Shown here: in pieces, positions 17,290 to 25,171 of the stretch | How positions within the stretch are numbered: position 1 is the stretch's first letter | Layout of the letters: each line of letters opens with the position of its first letter | Assembly (NCBI GenBank): GCA_030613615.1 | Contig: JAUWLR010000002.1 | Span: 1-55,634, forward strand | Reading direction: 5' to 3' | Source: Candidatus Eiseniibacteriota bacterium | Lineage (GTDB): Bacteria; Joyebacterota; Joyebacteria; Joyebacterales; Joyebacteraceae | DNA: 55,634 nt | Program-made: the position numbers and the translations under genes | Notes under the pieces: generated by a model | Told to the model about the DNA's origin: nothing | What the model saw: only the letters and a program-made list of their open reading frames with translations | The model's database searches: none

Positions 17290-18861
17290 CTAGTCACCGA
17301 GAAGCGCCTGCAGTGTTTTCACAAGGACGATCCCGTTGCTGAGGGCGACGCCCACGGTACAGATGACGAGTGGCGCCACGGCGTTCCACCTGCGCGCCTC
17401 GAGCGCGGACACGGCGGCGCCAATGAGAACCAGCAGAGAGACATGCCAGTGCTGCGAGTACAGGAACTGCTCGCCGCCCCAGAACCCGTGCAGGATCCAG
17501 TTGAACGCCAGAACGACCAACGACGCGCGGGCGAGCGACCGGAACGTGGAACCCAGCCGCTTCTCTTTGAGCGCGACCCAAGCCAGCGTCGCCAGGAATG
17601 CGACCCCGATGAGGTTCCTGAACGACCACGGTGTATGTGTACGCTGGAGCGTCAGGCTGAAGGGGATCACGCGGCCCGAAGCGTCCCGCACCGCGGCGCC
17701 CGCCGTGTCACCACCTGGCGCATCTTCAGGAGCGGGGTCCGGCTGCGACCGCGGTGCCGGATCGGGAGCGGCGGAACGGGTCTCGACGACGACGGGAACG
17801 TCGCTCTCGCTCGCTCGCGCCGGCCTGGAAATGCCGGGCATAGGCGCGCGCCGCCGCTGGCCCGTGGTCCCCCCGCTCTTCGCGGCGGCTTTCTCAGCTC
17901 TCAGTGCGAACACGTTCGGCCTGCGTCCCGGAACGGGAGGGGCGATCCCATTGATCACTGCAGTGGGAAACGTCGTAAGCTGAATGGCGCGGTCGTCGAC
18001 GAGGTACCGCGATATCCACACGATCTCGTCCGGCGTGCCCCCGGGCTGCGCATTGAACAACCGGTCCAGACCCAGCCCGCCGGCGAACGTCACGACCAGT
18101 GTGAGCGTGGCCATTCCCGCCGTTCTGACGAATCTCCTCCAGAGGTTCCTTCCGAGCTGCACCTCCCGAAGGAAGTAGAGGACAGCCACGACCGCGATGT
18201 TCGTGACGGTGATGCCCGCCGTCAGTACGCCCAACGCGATCCACGCCAGCTCTACCCGGACGCCACGCCGCCCGCGAGTCCATAGGAACAGGAGGTACCC
18301 GAGCGAGATGCAGAGAGCGCTCAGGCAGTACGATTCCGGCATGCTGCCGAAGACGATCCTGCTGAACGACAGGGAACCCAGAAGGACGAGCAGGACGGAC
18401 GAGCGAAGAGAGAGACCGGACCACCGGAACAGACGGAGCCATACAAGCGCTTGAAGTCCGGCGGCGGCGGGCACCACGACCAGCGCGAGCGAGCGCCTTG
18501 TCAGTATCTCGTCGAGTCCACCGGACGTCAGAAGCGATCCGAGATCCACGATCCACGTGATGGGAATGCTGAAGAAGTACTCAAGCAGCGGATGAGACAG
18601 GTGATTGCTCCCACCGCCGCAGCATATGGCTTCAAGCGTCAGGCCCGGATCGGCATTGAAGAGCGTGTTGAGGCAGGCGAAGGCCCCCAGTGCCCTGAGT
18701 TTCGACTCGAGCACGAGGTGGAACGCAAAGACCGCAGTGAAGAGGAGAAGTCCTACCAGCAGCTCTCGGCGCGTGCCTCCCGTGTTGAGCCCGGACGCTG
18801 AGACCACTCCGTCGCCGGCGGCGCCGACCGTGTCGTGTGTATTCATGTACCGCTCCGGCAT
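17290..18861 (-). CDS. Polytopic integral membrane protein, unknown function, with a Pro/Ala/Arg-rich loop
   Basis: At least 10 hydrophobic helices. An internal ~100-aa low-complexity loop reads PPVPGRRPN...APDPAPRSQPDPAPEDAPGG. The start was taken at ATG 18861 (alternative 18846), because the longer tracked ORF overlaps the divergent gene and is Arg-rich. Confidence 0.5.
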   Translation of the reverse strand: MPERYMNTHDTVGAAGDGVVSASGLNTGGTRRELLVGLLLFTAVFAFHLVLESKLRALGAFACLNTLFNADPGLTLEAICCGGGSNHLSHPLLEYFFSIPITWIVDLGSLLTSGGLDEILTRRSLALVVVPAAAGLQALVWLRLFRWSGLSLRSSVLLVLLGSLSFSRIVFGSMPESYCLSALCISLGYLLFLWTRGRRGVRVELAWIALGVLTAGITVTNIAVVAVLYFLREVQLGRNLWRRFVRTAGMATLTLVVTFAGGLGLDRLFNAQPGGTPDEIVWISRYLVDDRAIQLTTFPTAVINGIAPPVPGRRPNVFALRAEKAAAKSGGTTGQRRRAPMPGISRPARASESDVPVVVETRSAAPDPAPRSQPDPAPEDAPGGDTAGAAVRDASGRVIPFSLTLQRTHTPWSFRNLIGVAFLATLAWVALKEKRLGSTFRSLARASLVVLAFNWILHGFWGGEQFLYSQHWHVSLLVLIGAAVSALEARRWNAVAPLVICTVGVALSNGIVLVKTLQALLGD

Positions 18862-18904
18862 GTCGCTTCCTCGTCGTCCGCACCGCGGTCGCTCGATGTC
18901 CGCG

Positions 18905-18933
18905 ACTATCGCGCCCTTCGCGCGTCGAGTCAA
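18905..18933 (-). promoter_or_regulatory. Promoter candidate for the membrane protein gene (TTGACT-17-GATAGT)
   Basis: On the minus strand, the -35 TTGACT is at 18928-18933 and the -10 GATAGT at 18905-18910, with a 17-nt spacer, about 40 nt upstream of ATG 18861. Confidence 0.3.
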
Positions 18934-19036
18934 GCCATCGTGGCGAGACCTCTCCCGGTACCGTATACTGTTGGGGGTGCGGGTCGGGCGTGTTGCTTCG
19001 ACGTATCGGAGGCTGGCTGTGGATCGAAGAGCGATC

Positions 19037-20479
19037 ATGCTCTCTCTGGGAGCACTCGTCCTTCTCCTGGTTGGGGTCTTGCTGTTGAGCCGCAGCCCCA
19101 TGTCCGAGGGCCACGCCGCGCCGGCACGCGGGTCCTCGGCGACACGCGATGCTCCGTGGAACATCGTGGTCATCGTTATGGACACGGCGCGTCAGGACCG
19201 GCTGTCCTGCTACGGTCACGACCGCGAAACATCCCCCAGGCTGACCCAGCTTGCCGAATCGGCGACCATCTACTCCAACGCATACTCCACCAGTTCGTGG
19301 ACGGGACCCGGCCACGCGTCGCTCTTCACCGGACTTTACTCGGTCTCCCACGGGGCGACCCAGGAGAACTGGAGCATGAGCGAGGACCTTCTGACCTTCG
19401 CTGAGGTCCTGTCGATGCGGGGCTACCGCACGGTCGGCGTGGTGGAGAACCCCATGCTTCTGTCGGACCGTGGCTACGCTCAGGGCTTCTCCGAGTACTA
19501 CGAATCATGGCGCACGGGGGCCAAGAGGAGTAGCGGCCAGGCAGTGGAGGACTTCCGCAGAACCCTTGACGGCGGGGCGCCGGGACAACCGTTCCTCGTC
19601 TTCGTGAACCTCATCGCTCCCCACTCGCCCTACGACTCCTCCAGGCAGTTCCGGAACAGCTTCGTCACGCGGCCGGAACTTGGAGTCGACAGCAGCATGT
19701 GGCGGGAGTACTACACGGGCCGCCGATCGTTCTCGGCGAATGAGATCCAGCATCTTAACGAGCTCTACGACGCGGAGCTCCTCTACACGGACTATCTTGT
19801 CGGTGAGATGATCGATGAACTCGTCGCGCTGGACCTGTGGGATGACACGGTCTTCATCGTCACCTCGGACCACGGGGAGAACATCGGCGACCACGCCCAC
19901 ATGGACCATGTGTTCACGCTCTTTGAGACTACGACGAAGATCCCCCTGATCGTCCACCAGCCCGAGCTCTTCCCCGCGGGTATGACGAAGGACGTACCGG
20001 TGCAGCTGACCGACATCTTCCCGACCGTGCTCGAGATCGCCGGAGTCGACGTTCAGGACTTCCTCTCGCACGGCTACTCACTTCTGGGAGACGCGGTGCC
20101 CGAGAACCGCGAGATCTTCACCGAGTACTACTACCCGACGCAGATTCTGTCGTGCTTCGGAAGGGAAGAGCACAGACAGAGTTCCTTGTTGACGCCGTAT
20201 CTGCGCAGGATCAGGAGCCTGACGAGGGGCGACATGAAGTTCGTTTGGGGCGGCGACGGGCGGCACGAGCTGTACGACCTTGCGCACGACCCCGACGAGC
20301 TCACAAACCTGATCGAGTCCAGGAAACACTCCGACGTGCGGCACGACATGGAGACCCGCCTGACCGCCTGGTTCCGGGAACTCGAACAGGACCGCGACGA
20401 CGGGCCGCCCGGGGACAACTCGGAGGAGCTGGACGAGGCGACGAAGGAAGCGCTTCGGTCTCTGGGCTATATGGAGTAG
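19037..20479 (+). CDS. Sulfatase-fold (alkaline phosphatase superfamily) hydrolase/transferase, membrane-anchored, without the formylglycine motif
   Basis: TM/signal MLSLGALVLLLVGVLLLS. Metal-site blocks are IVVIVMDTARQD and VTSDHGENIGDH. The nucleophile region reads SSWTGPGHASLFTG where canonical sulfatases have C/S-x-P-x-R. The start was taken at ATG 19037. Confidence 0.7.
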   Translation: MLSLGALVLLLVGVLLLSRSPMSEGHAAPARGSSATRDAPWNIVVIVMDTARQDRLSCYGHDRETSPRLTQLAESATIYSNAYSTSSWTGPGHASLFTGLYSVSHGATQENWSMSEDLLTFAEVLSMRGYRTVGVVENPMLLSDRGYAQGFSEYYESWRTGAKRSSGQAVEDFRRTLDGGAPGQPFLVFVNLIAPHSPYDSSRQFRNSFVTRPELGVDSSMWREYYTGRRSFSANEIQHLNELYDAELLYTDYLVGEMIDELVALDLWDDTVFIVTSDHGENIGDHAHMDHVFTLFETTTKIPLIVHQPELFPAGMTKDVPVQLTDIFPTVLEIAGVDVQDFLSHGYSLLGDAVPENREIFTEYYYPTQILSCFGREEHRQSSLLTPYLRRIRSLTRGDMKFVWGGDGRHELYDLAHDPDELTNLIESRKHSDVRHDMETRLTAWFRELEQDRDDGPPGDNSEELDEATKEALRSLGYME

Positions 20480-20517
20480 GCAGGGCACACGGTGAACACC
20501 GCTGCGCGCAGAAAGAA

Positions 20518-20541
20518 GGGGGCGACCGGAAGGTCGCCCCC
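20518..20541. terminator. Intrinsic terminator between convergent genes (perfect 10-bp stem, GGAA loop)
   Basis: gggggcgacc-ggaa-ggtcgccccc. On the minus strand it is followed by UUCUUUCU, so it terminates the lipoprotein operon. It also lies 39 nt after the plus-strand sulfatase-like stop. Confidence 0.7.
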
Positions 20542-20566
20542 TGATATCGTTCCGCGTAAAGGACCG

Positions 20567-21241
20567 CTACTGCATGAAGAGGCTCTTGAGCTCACTGAGC
20601 GAGACGCGCTCGACGTTCGGATCCTCACGGCTTCCACCCCGCTCCACGAGGTCGAACCAGTAGTAGATCTCCCACCATAGCACGTCGTCGGGATCGGGAA
20701 TCGGATTCGGCTGGTCTATGTCGATGCGCATGCGGAACTCAGATGGCGCCGTCGCCAGGAAGGTGGTGTCTCCGAAGAGATTCACCCGAAGGTCCACTTC
20801 CACTATGCAGATACAGGTGTCGTCCCGGGGGTCCTCCGGAAGACCATAGTCGTACACAATGCTGGCGATAGTGAGGGTGAGCGTGATGCTCTCGACGTCC
20901 GAGCCGTGCGCGAACATGCTCTCGTGTATGAACTCCTCGTCGATCTTCCACCACACGGGGGGGATGTCGAGCTCGGGGTTGTTCACGTCGTCCTCGTTCG
21001 GGAAGAACTCGAAATCCTCGGACAGGCAGTCGAGGTACTCGCCGGAGTCCATCCAGATGTATGCCGTCCTGAGATTGTGGAGGACATCCTCCGGCGTGAG
21101 CCGGTCGTGGTAGTCTGGAGGATCGATCTCCACCGGATCCCCTTCCTCCGGAGCGAAGGGGTTCCAGCAGCCACCCAAGGTCAAAACAAACACGGCCAGC
21201 AGCGCGGAAACCGCCAGCCTCCTGATGGGAAACCTCACCAT
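20567..21241 (-). CDS. Lipoprotein, paralog of 21449-22150 (unknown family)
   Basis: ATG at 21241 with GGGAGGAG upstream. Lipobox AVFVLTLGGC. Shares with its neighbour the blocks P-x-D-VL-x-NL-x-A, Y(L/M)DC, DF-x-F, W-x-x-D-E and LW-x-I-x-x-W-x-D, plus a related C-terminal tail. Confidence 0.65.
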   Translation of the reverse strand: MVRFPIRRLAVSALLAVFVLTLGGCWNPFAPEEGDPVEIDPPDYHDRLTPEDVLHNLRTAYIWMDSGEYLDCLSEDFEFFPNEDDVNNPELDIPPVWWKIDEEFIHESMFAHGSDVESITLTLTIASIVYDYGLPEDPRDDTCICIVEVDLRVNLFGDTTFLATAPSEFRMRIDIDQPNPIPDPDDVLWWEIYYWFDLVERGGSREDPNVERVSLSELKSLFMQ

Positions 21242-21283
21242 GTGATAACTCCTCCCGTTGTTTCCCCACTCACACAACTAGTG

Positions 21284-21312
21284 ATTATATCAAGGACCTG
21301 GGCCCAAGTCAA
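21284..21312 (-). promoter_or_regulatory. Near-consensus sigma70 promoter with extended -10 (TTGACT-17-TGa-TATAAT)
   Basis: On the minus strand, the -35 TTGACT is at 21307-21312, the spacer is 17 nt, TG is at 21291-21292, and a perfect TATAAT is at 21284-21289. It lies about 40 nt upstream of ATG 21241. This is striking in GC-rich DNA. Confidence 0.55.
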
Positions 21313-21448
21313 GAGGGCCGTGGGGCTTCTCCCCGCACCGCAGGACGCATAGAAGCCGTAATCGCCTTGCCCATCGGCACTTTCCAGCCCTGAGGCAGCC
21401 TGCAAGCAGCGTGCCTTAACCCCGCCCGTGGCTCTCCAGAGCCCCCCG

Positions 21449-22150
21449 CTAGCGGTAGTCTCCCCTCAGAACTCCCCAGGTTGCGCTTCCACCGGGATCG
21501 GCCGCCCTGCGGTCGACCCACTCGAAGATGGACCAGAGCTGGGTCTCATCACGCCTCATCCAGAATGTCGCCTGGCCGCGATAGGTCACGGACTCACCGG
21601 GCTGGTGGTCGCCGTACTGCCAGACGATGGTCAGTTCGTAGTCCTCGCGGCGGTAGGTCTCGTCCTCGCTCTCGTCCGGCTCCTCCACCGTGGTGAACAC
21701 CACGTCGATGCCCATGGTCGAATCCAGAAACACCCCGTCGACGTACGTGGCCTCGTCATCTCTCCTCCAGTGGGCGTAGCGGTCCTCCCCCTCCTGCCCG
21801 GCGTCCAGGGAGTCCTGGGGGTCGACGTGGAATCTGAAGCTATCAGTGGGGCTGTCCATAATGAAGCAGTCCATGTAGTTCGAGATGCCCTCACCGGCCA
21901 GGGCCGCCGCGAGGTTCTCGAGCACCTTGTCCGTGTCCGTCGGGGTGACCCACGGGATATCGGGCCCCTCGTCCGGCGGCCCGTCCGCGTCGCGCGGGCC
22001 GAAAAGGCAGCCGGGCACGGCAACGAGAAGCACGCCGGCGGCGAGCCAGGCAAGCGCCACTCGCGCCCACGCCGCTACTCGCGCCCGCGTCCATGATGCG
22101 CCGGACGTCTCTCTTAGAAGGTCCGGTTGAGATTGGCCGCAATGTTCCAT
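21449..22150 (-). CDS. Lipoprotein, paralog of 20567-21241
   Basis: Lipobox LLVAVPGC. Ends ...SATWGVLRGDYR. The start is uncertain: ATG 22150 overlaps the last 12 codons of the barrel gene, and a GTG about 80 nt downstream is also possible. Confidence 0.6.
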   Translation of the reverse strand: MEHCGQSQPDLLRETSGASWTRARVAAWARVALAWLAAGVLLVAVPGCLFGPRDADGPPDEGPDIPWVTPTDTDKVLENLAAALAGEGISNYMDCFIMDSPTDSFRFHVDPQDSLDAGQEGEDRYAHWRRDDEATYVDGVFLDSTMGIDVVFTTVEEPDESEDETYRREDYELTIVWQYGDHQPGESVTYRGQATFWMRRDETQLWSIFEWVDRRAADPGGSATWGVLRGDYR

Positions 22151-24177
22151 ACTTCGCGCTGCCTTTCACTGATGTTCGTGGCGTTACGATGAGTCCTGGC
22201 GACGCTGATCTTCAGGGCCGTGCCGTCAGGTAACGAGTACTCCGTGCTCGCCTTGCCGACGATGCTCGTGTCGAACTTGTCCCAGACCGGTGTCCTGTCG
22301 CCGTCCTCATCGATCTTCCATTTGTCTTGGACGCCCAGATTCTGCCTTACTTCAATCGTTATCAGGTCGGCTATCTTGTAGCCGAGAGTGATGCCGAGCT
22401 TCTGGTCTATGCGTTCGCTGTTCCTCCCGTAGCCCTCGACGCCTTGCTCATTCTCGGCGTAGGAGCCCTCGTCCTGCGCGCGCCAGGTGTGCTCCAGCCC
22501 CAGCTCGAGCGGGTCGAAGGGCCTCCAATTGAGACCGGTTGTGATGGACATGTTGCGGATGAGAAAATTCGCGTTGGTATCGTAGTGATAGAACGTGTAG
22601 TCCGCCGAGAGCTGATACCTCTGGCTGGCTCCGAAGCGGGGAGTGAACGATTTGCGGATGAACGGCTCGATCGCGAACTTCTGTGTCGTCTTGTTGTCCC
22701 CGGTTCGTGAGCGCCTGATGTAGATGAGCTGGTCGTCTCTGATTTTGATCACGAGCCCGGTCGTGATGTCCTTCCTCATCTTGTAGTTCACAGTGAGCGT
22801 TGCCTCTCTGTCGAAGAGGTCTCGGTCCTTGTCGTTGGCCTCTATGTCGTCGTAGTGGACCGACAGGAGACTCATTCTCCCGCGGAGTGAGGCGTCGAGC
22901 CCCTCCTTGAATGTGTGCGCCACGCTCGCCGACAGAGTGTTGGTGTAGTTGTCGCCCGTCCGCACGTCGAAGTAGTCGTTCCTCTTCCGGTCGGAGGCCA
23001 GATTTGCTCTGAACATCGTCTCGCCAAGATCGTAGGTCATGCGCGCCTCGACGCCGCGCGCTGCGATATCGTTGTTCCTCGAAGGCTCGATTCTGTAGTA
23101 CTGCTGTTTGCGCGAGTATTTGAAGGAGAACTCCGCACCAAGACCCTCGAGCAGACGGAGATCCGCCGTCACGCTCGTGGATTCATTCTCCCGCTCTTTG
23201 TGCTCGGTCTGTTCCTCTTTCGGGTACTGCTGTGTTCCTGTGGACCTCCGCAGGTCCACGGTGAAGCGGTGCATCTGCCAGTCGTAGTCGATGTGGCCGG
23301 ACAGGTCGTGGTTTACCGACTCGTCTTTACTTCGCAGACTGCCCTGCTCCGAGTCGAGCAGCGAGTGATTCCCCGTGTACGAGAACGACGTGCTCAGATC
23401 CTCGATCGGCGAGTAGCCCAGCTTGCCGGTAATGCCCTGTGTCCCGCCCCTGCTCCTGACATTCGTGTACCTGTTCTTCTCGATTCCCGCAGTCGCTCCC
23501 AGCGACACGTCGAGGCCCTGCATGTAGACCTTGTGATACGACGTGGAGAGCTTGACCGACTCTTTCTCTCGCGCACTTCTGGTCTCGTTTGCCTTACCCT
23601 CGTTCTGCACGTCGACGTGCTTGTTCCTGCGGAACTTCAGGCCGGTGGTGATCGCGCCGCTCACACGCGCGTCGAGCCCGGCGGTCCAGGTTTCCTGCCG
23701 GTTGAGACGGTTGGACGCATCGTTTGTGCGCGTGCTGATGTTCGCGGTGGAGCCGAAGGATATCCTCTCGCTGATGGGGTAGTTCATTGTGAAGCCGTGG
23801 GTCCACGAGGCAACGTCCTGGTCGCGCCTCTGCTCGAGACGGTAGCTGGGGTGGAACTCCCGGTGCCACACGTATCCTTCGGGCAGTTCCCCATCCCCTC
23901 CCTGTTGGCCGGGGGGCTCGTTCTGGAAGTCCGGACGGTCGGTGCTGCCCTCGTCGCCCTCGCCCTCTTCACCGTCGGGCCCCTGCTCCTCGCCCTCTTC
24001 GCCCTCGCCAGCCTGCTCCTCGCCCTCTTCACCGTCGGGCCCCTGCTCCTCCCCGTCGACCTGCCCCTGCTCCTCCCCATCGTCCTCCTCGTCGTCCGCC
24101 ACGGCGGGCGCGACGGCGAGAAGCACGGCCAGGAGAACCATGAGCGGCAGGAGGTATCGTAGGAGCGTGCGCGACAC
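22114..24177 (-). CDS. Outer-membrane beta-barrel protein, uncharacterised, with an acidic low-complexity N-terminal region
   Basis: GTG at 24177 follows GGAGGAAG. Signal VSRTLLRYLLPLMVLLAVLLAVAPAVA. Next comes an ~55-aa D/E/G/Q tract, then ~600 aa of alternating amphipathic strands rich in Y/T/S/N/R. The protein ends in the OMP-like terminus ...NLNRTF. Confidence 0.65.
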   Translation of the reverse strand: MSRTLLRYLLPLMVLLAVLLAVAPAVADDEEDDGEEQGQVDGEEQGPDGEEGEEQAGEGEEGEEQGPDGEEGEGDEGSTDRPDFQNEPPGQQGGDGELPEGYVWHREFHPSYRLEQRRDQDVASWTHGFTMNYPISERISFGSTANISTRTNDASNRLNRQETWTAGLDARVSGAITTGLKFRRNKHVDVQNEGKANETRSAREKESVKLSTSYHKVYMQGLDVSLGATAGIEKNRYTNVRSRGGTQGITGKLGYSPIEDLSTSFSYTGNHSLLDSEQGSLRSKDESVNHDLSGHIDYDWQMHRFTVDLRRSTGTQQYPKEEQTEHKERENESTSVTADLRLLEGLGAEFSFKYSRKQQYYRIEPSRNNDIAARGVEARMTYDLGETMFRANLASDRKRNDYFDVRTGDNYTNTLSASVAHTFKEGLDASLRGRMSLLSVHYDDIEANDKDRDLFDREATLTVNYKMRKDITTGLVIKIRDDQLIYIRRSRTGDNKTTQKFAIEPFIRKSFTPRFGASQRYQLSADYTFYHYDTNANFLIRNMSITTGLNWRPFDPLELGLEHTWRAQDEGSYAENEQGVEGYGRNSERIDQKLGITLGYKIADLITIEVRQNLGVQDKWKIDEDGDRTPVWDKFDTSIVGKASTEYSLPDGTALKISVARTHRNATNISERQREVWNIAANLNRTF
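23961..24050. repeat. Three tandem 30-nt in-frame repeats inside the barrel gene (units 1 and 3 identical)
   Basis: cgccctcttcaccgtcgggcccctgctcct (23961-23990 and 24021-24050) flank cgccctcttcgccctcgccagcctgctcct (23991-24020). The units encode EEQGPDGEEG / EEQAGEGEEG / EEQGPDGEEG. Confidence 0.8.
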
Positions 24178-24250
24178 GATTCGGTCTTCCTCCGCTGAGC
24201 GTGGGCGCCATGATGTGTCGGCGCCGGCGATGTGCGTTCGGACACGCGAC

Positions 24251-25171
24251 CTACACGCGCGCCCCACCTTGACCGTCGCCGACGAGCGCGCAGGCCAGAT
24301 CATCGAACTCCTCCACCGACAGCGTCTCTCCTCGACGGGACAGGGCAATGCCCGTCACCTCCTCGAGTTCAGACGCGGTCCTCCCCCGTTCACTCATCAT
24401 CGCCTGCAGCGACTGACGGAGCATCTTCCGTCGCTTGCCGAACGCTGCGTGAACGACGGCCTCGAAGTCGTCCGGGTCGCTCCGGCGCCCAAGGTTACGC
24501 TCGAACACGATCTCGATGACACCCGAGTCCACCTTCGGCCGAGGATAGAAGCAGGTTCGCTTCACCGTGAAGAGCCGTCGGACACGGGCGTGGTATCGCA
24601 TAACGACCGACAGACCCGAGTAGTCACTCTCGCCGGGCTCGGATGCGATTCGCGCGCCCACCTCCGACTGGATCATCAAGAGGCACCGGGCGACGTGGTT
24701 TCGCTCGTCCGTGAGCCGGCGGACGAGTGGGCTCGTGATACTGTACGGAATGTTGCCCACGACCACGAGCTTGTCAACGCCATGATGCTCTGCTGCCTCC
24801 GCGAAATCCAGATCCAGAATGTCGCCGACGACGAGCGTTATGTCCTCGCGTTCGCCGTACTCGGCCCTGAAAGCACCGGCTATACCTGCGTCAATCTCCA
24901 CTGCAATCACATGACGGGCCGCCTGCGCAAGCCCAAATGTCAGGGCGCCGAACCCGGGACCGATTTCCACGACCACGTCGTCGGGTGAAAGCCCCACCGC
25001 GGACACGACCTTCCTTATCACGTTCCCGTCGGAAAGGAAGTTCTGACCCCTCTGCTTGGACGGCGCCAGCCCATACTTCCCCAGCATCGCCGCCGGCGGT
25101 GTGGGGCTCATCGCGGCCGCTTCACTCGCCCGATTGCCCGGTCCTCTGCCGTGGTTGCCGTCTTCGCCCAT
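24251..25171 (-). CDS. rsmA: 16S rRNA (adenine1518/1519-N6)-dimethyltransferase
   Basis: KQRGQNFLSDGNVIRKVV, VVEIGPGFGALT, and the rest of the sequence is KsgA-like. ATG at 25171 overlaps the upstream TGA by 1 nt (TGATG). The N-terminal ~29 aa may be an extension; alternative ATGs are at 25111 and 25087. Confidence 0.85.
   Translation of the reverse strand: MGEDGNHGRGPGNRASEAAAMSPTPPAAMLGKYGLAPSKQRGQNFLSDGNVIRKVVSAVGLSPDDVVVEIGPGFGALTFGLAQAARHVIAVEIDAGIAGAFRAEYGEREDITLVVGDILDLDFAEAAEHHGVDKLVVVGNIPYSITSPLVRRLTDERNHVARCLLMIQSEVGARIASEPGESDYSGLSVVMRYHARVRRLFTVKRTCFYPRPKVDSGVIEIVFERNLGRRSDPDDFEAVVHAAFGKRRKMLRQSLQAMMSERGRTASELEEVTGIALSRRGETLSVEEFDDLACALVGDGQGGARV

Noticed and set aside
18605-19185. 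Mutually overlapping long N-termini of the membrane protein ORF (to 19185) and the sulfatase-like ORF (from 18605)
   Set aside because: Both extensions are Arg/Ser/Pro-rich and overlap each other on opposite strands. The starts at 18861 (minus) and 19037 (plus) give a normal TM or signal N-terminus and leave a 175-bp divergent promoter region.
19037-20479. Annotation as a true aryl- or choline-sulfatase
   Set aside because: The C/S-x-P-x-R formylglycine signature is replaced by T-G-P-G-H. The call is therefore restricted to a sulfatase-fold alkaline phosphatase superfamily enzyme.
23941-24110. Repeat-rich stretch considered as a possible CRISPR or minisatellite locus
   Set aside because: The units are 30 nt, contiguous with no spacers, in frame, and inside a coding region where they encode an acidic tract. 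It is not a CRISPR array.
22114-24177. Possibility that the beta-barrel next to the surA-pdxA-rsmA cluster is LptD
   Set aside because: There is no OstA/LptA-like beta-jellyroll N-domain. Instead there is an acidic low-complexity tract, and the gene lies downstream of rsmA rather than upstream of surA. It is kept as uncharacterised; a remote homology search could revisit this.
24178-24348. 57-codon N-terminal extension of the beta-barrel ORF overlapping rsmA
   Set aside because: The extension is Arg/Cys/Trp-rich and overlaps the rsmA 3' end. The GTG at 24177 follows GGAGGAAG and starts directly with a signal peptide.
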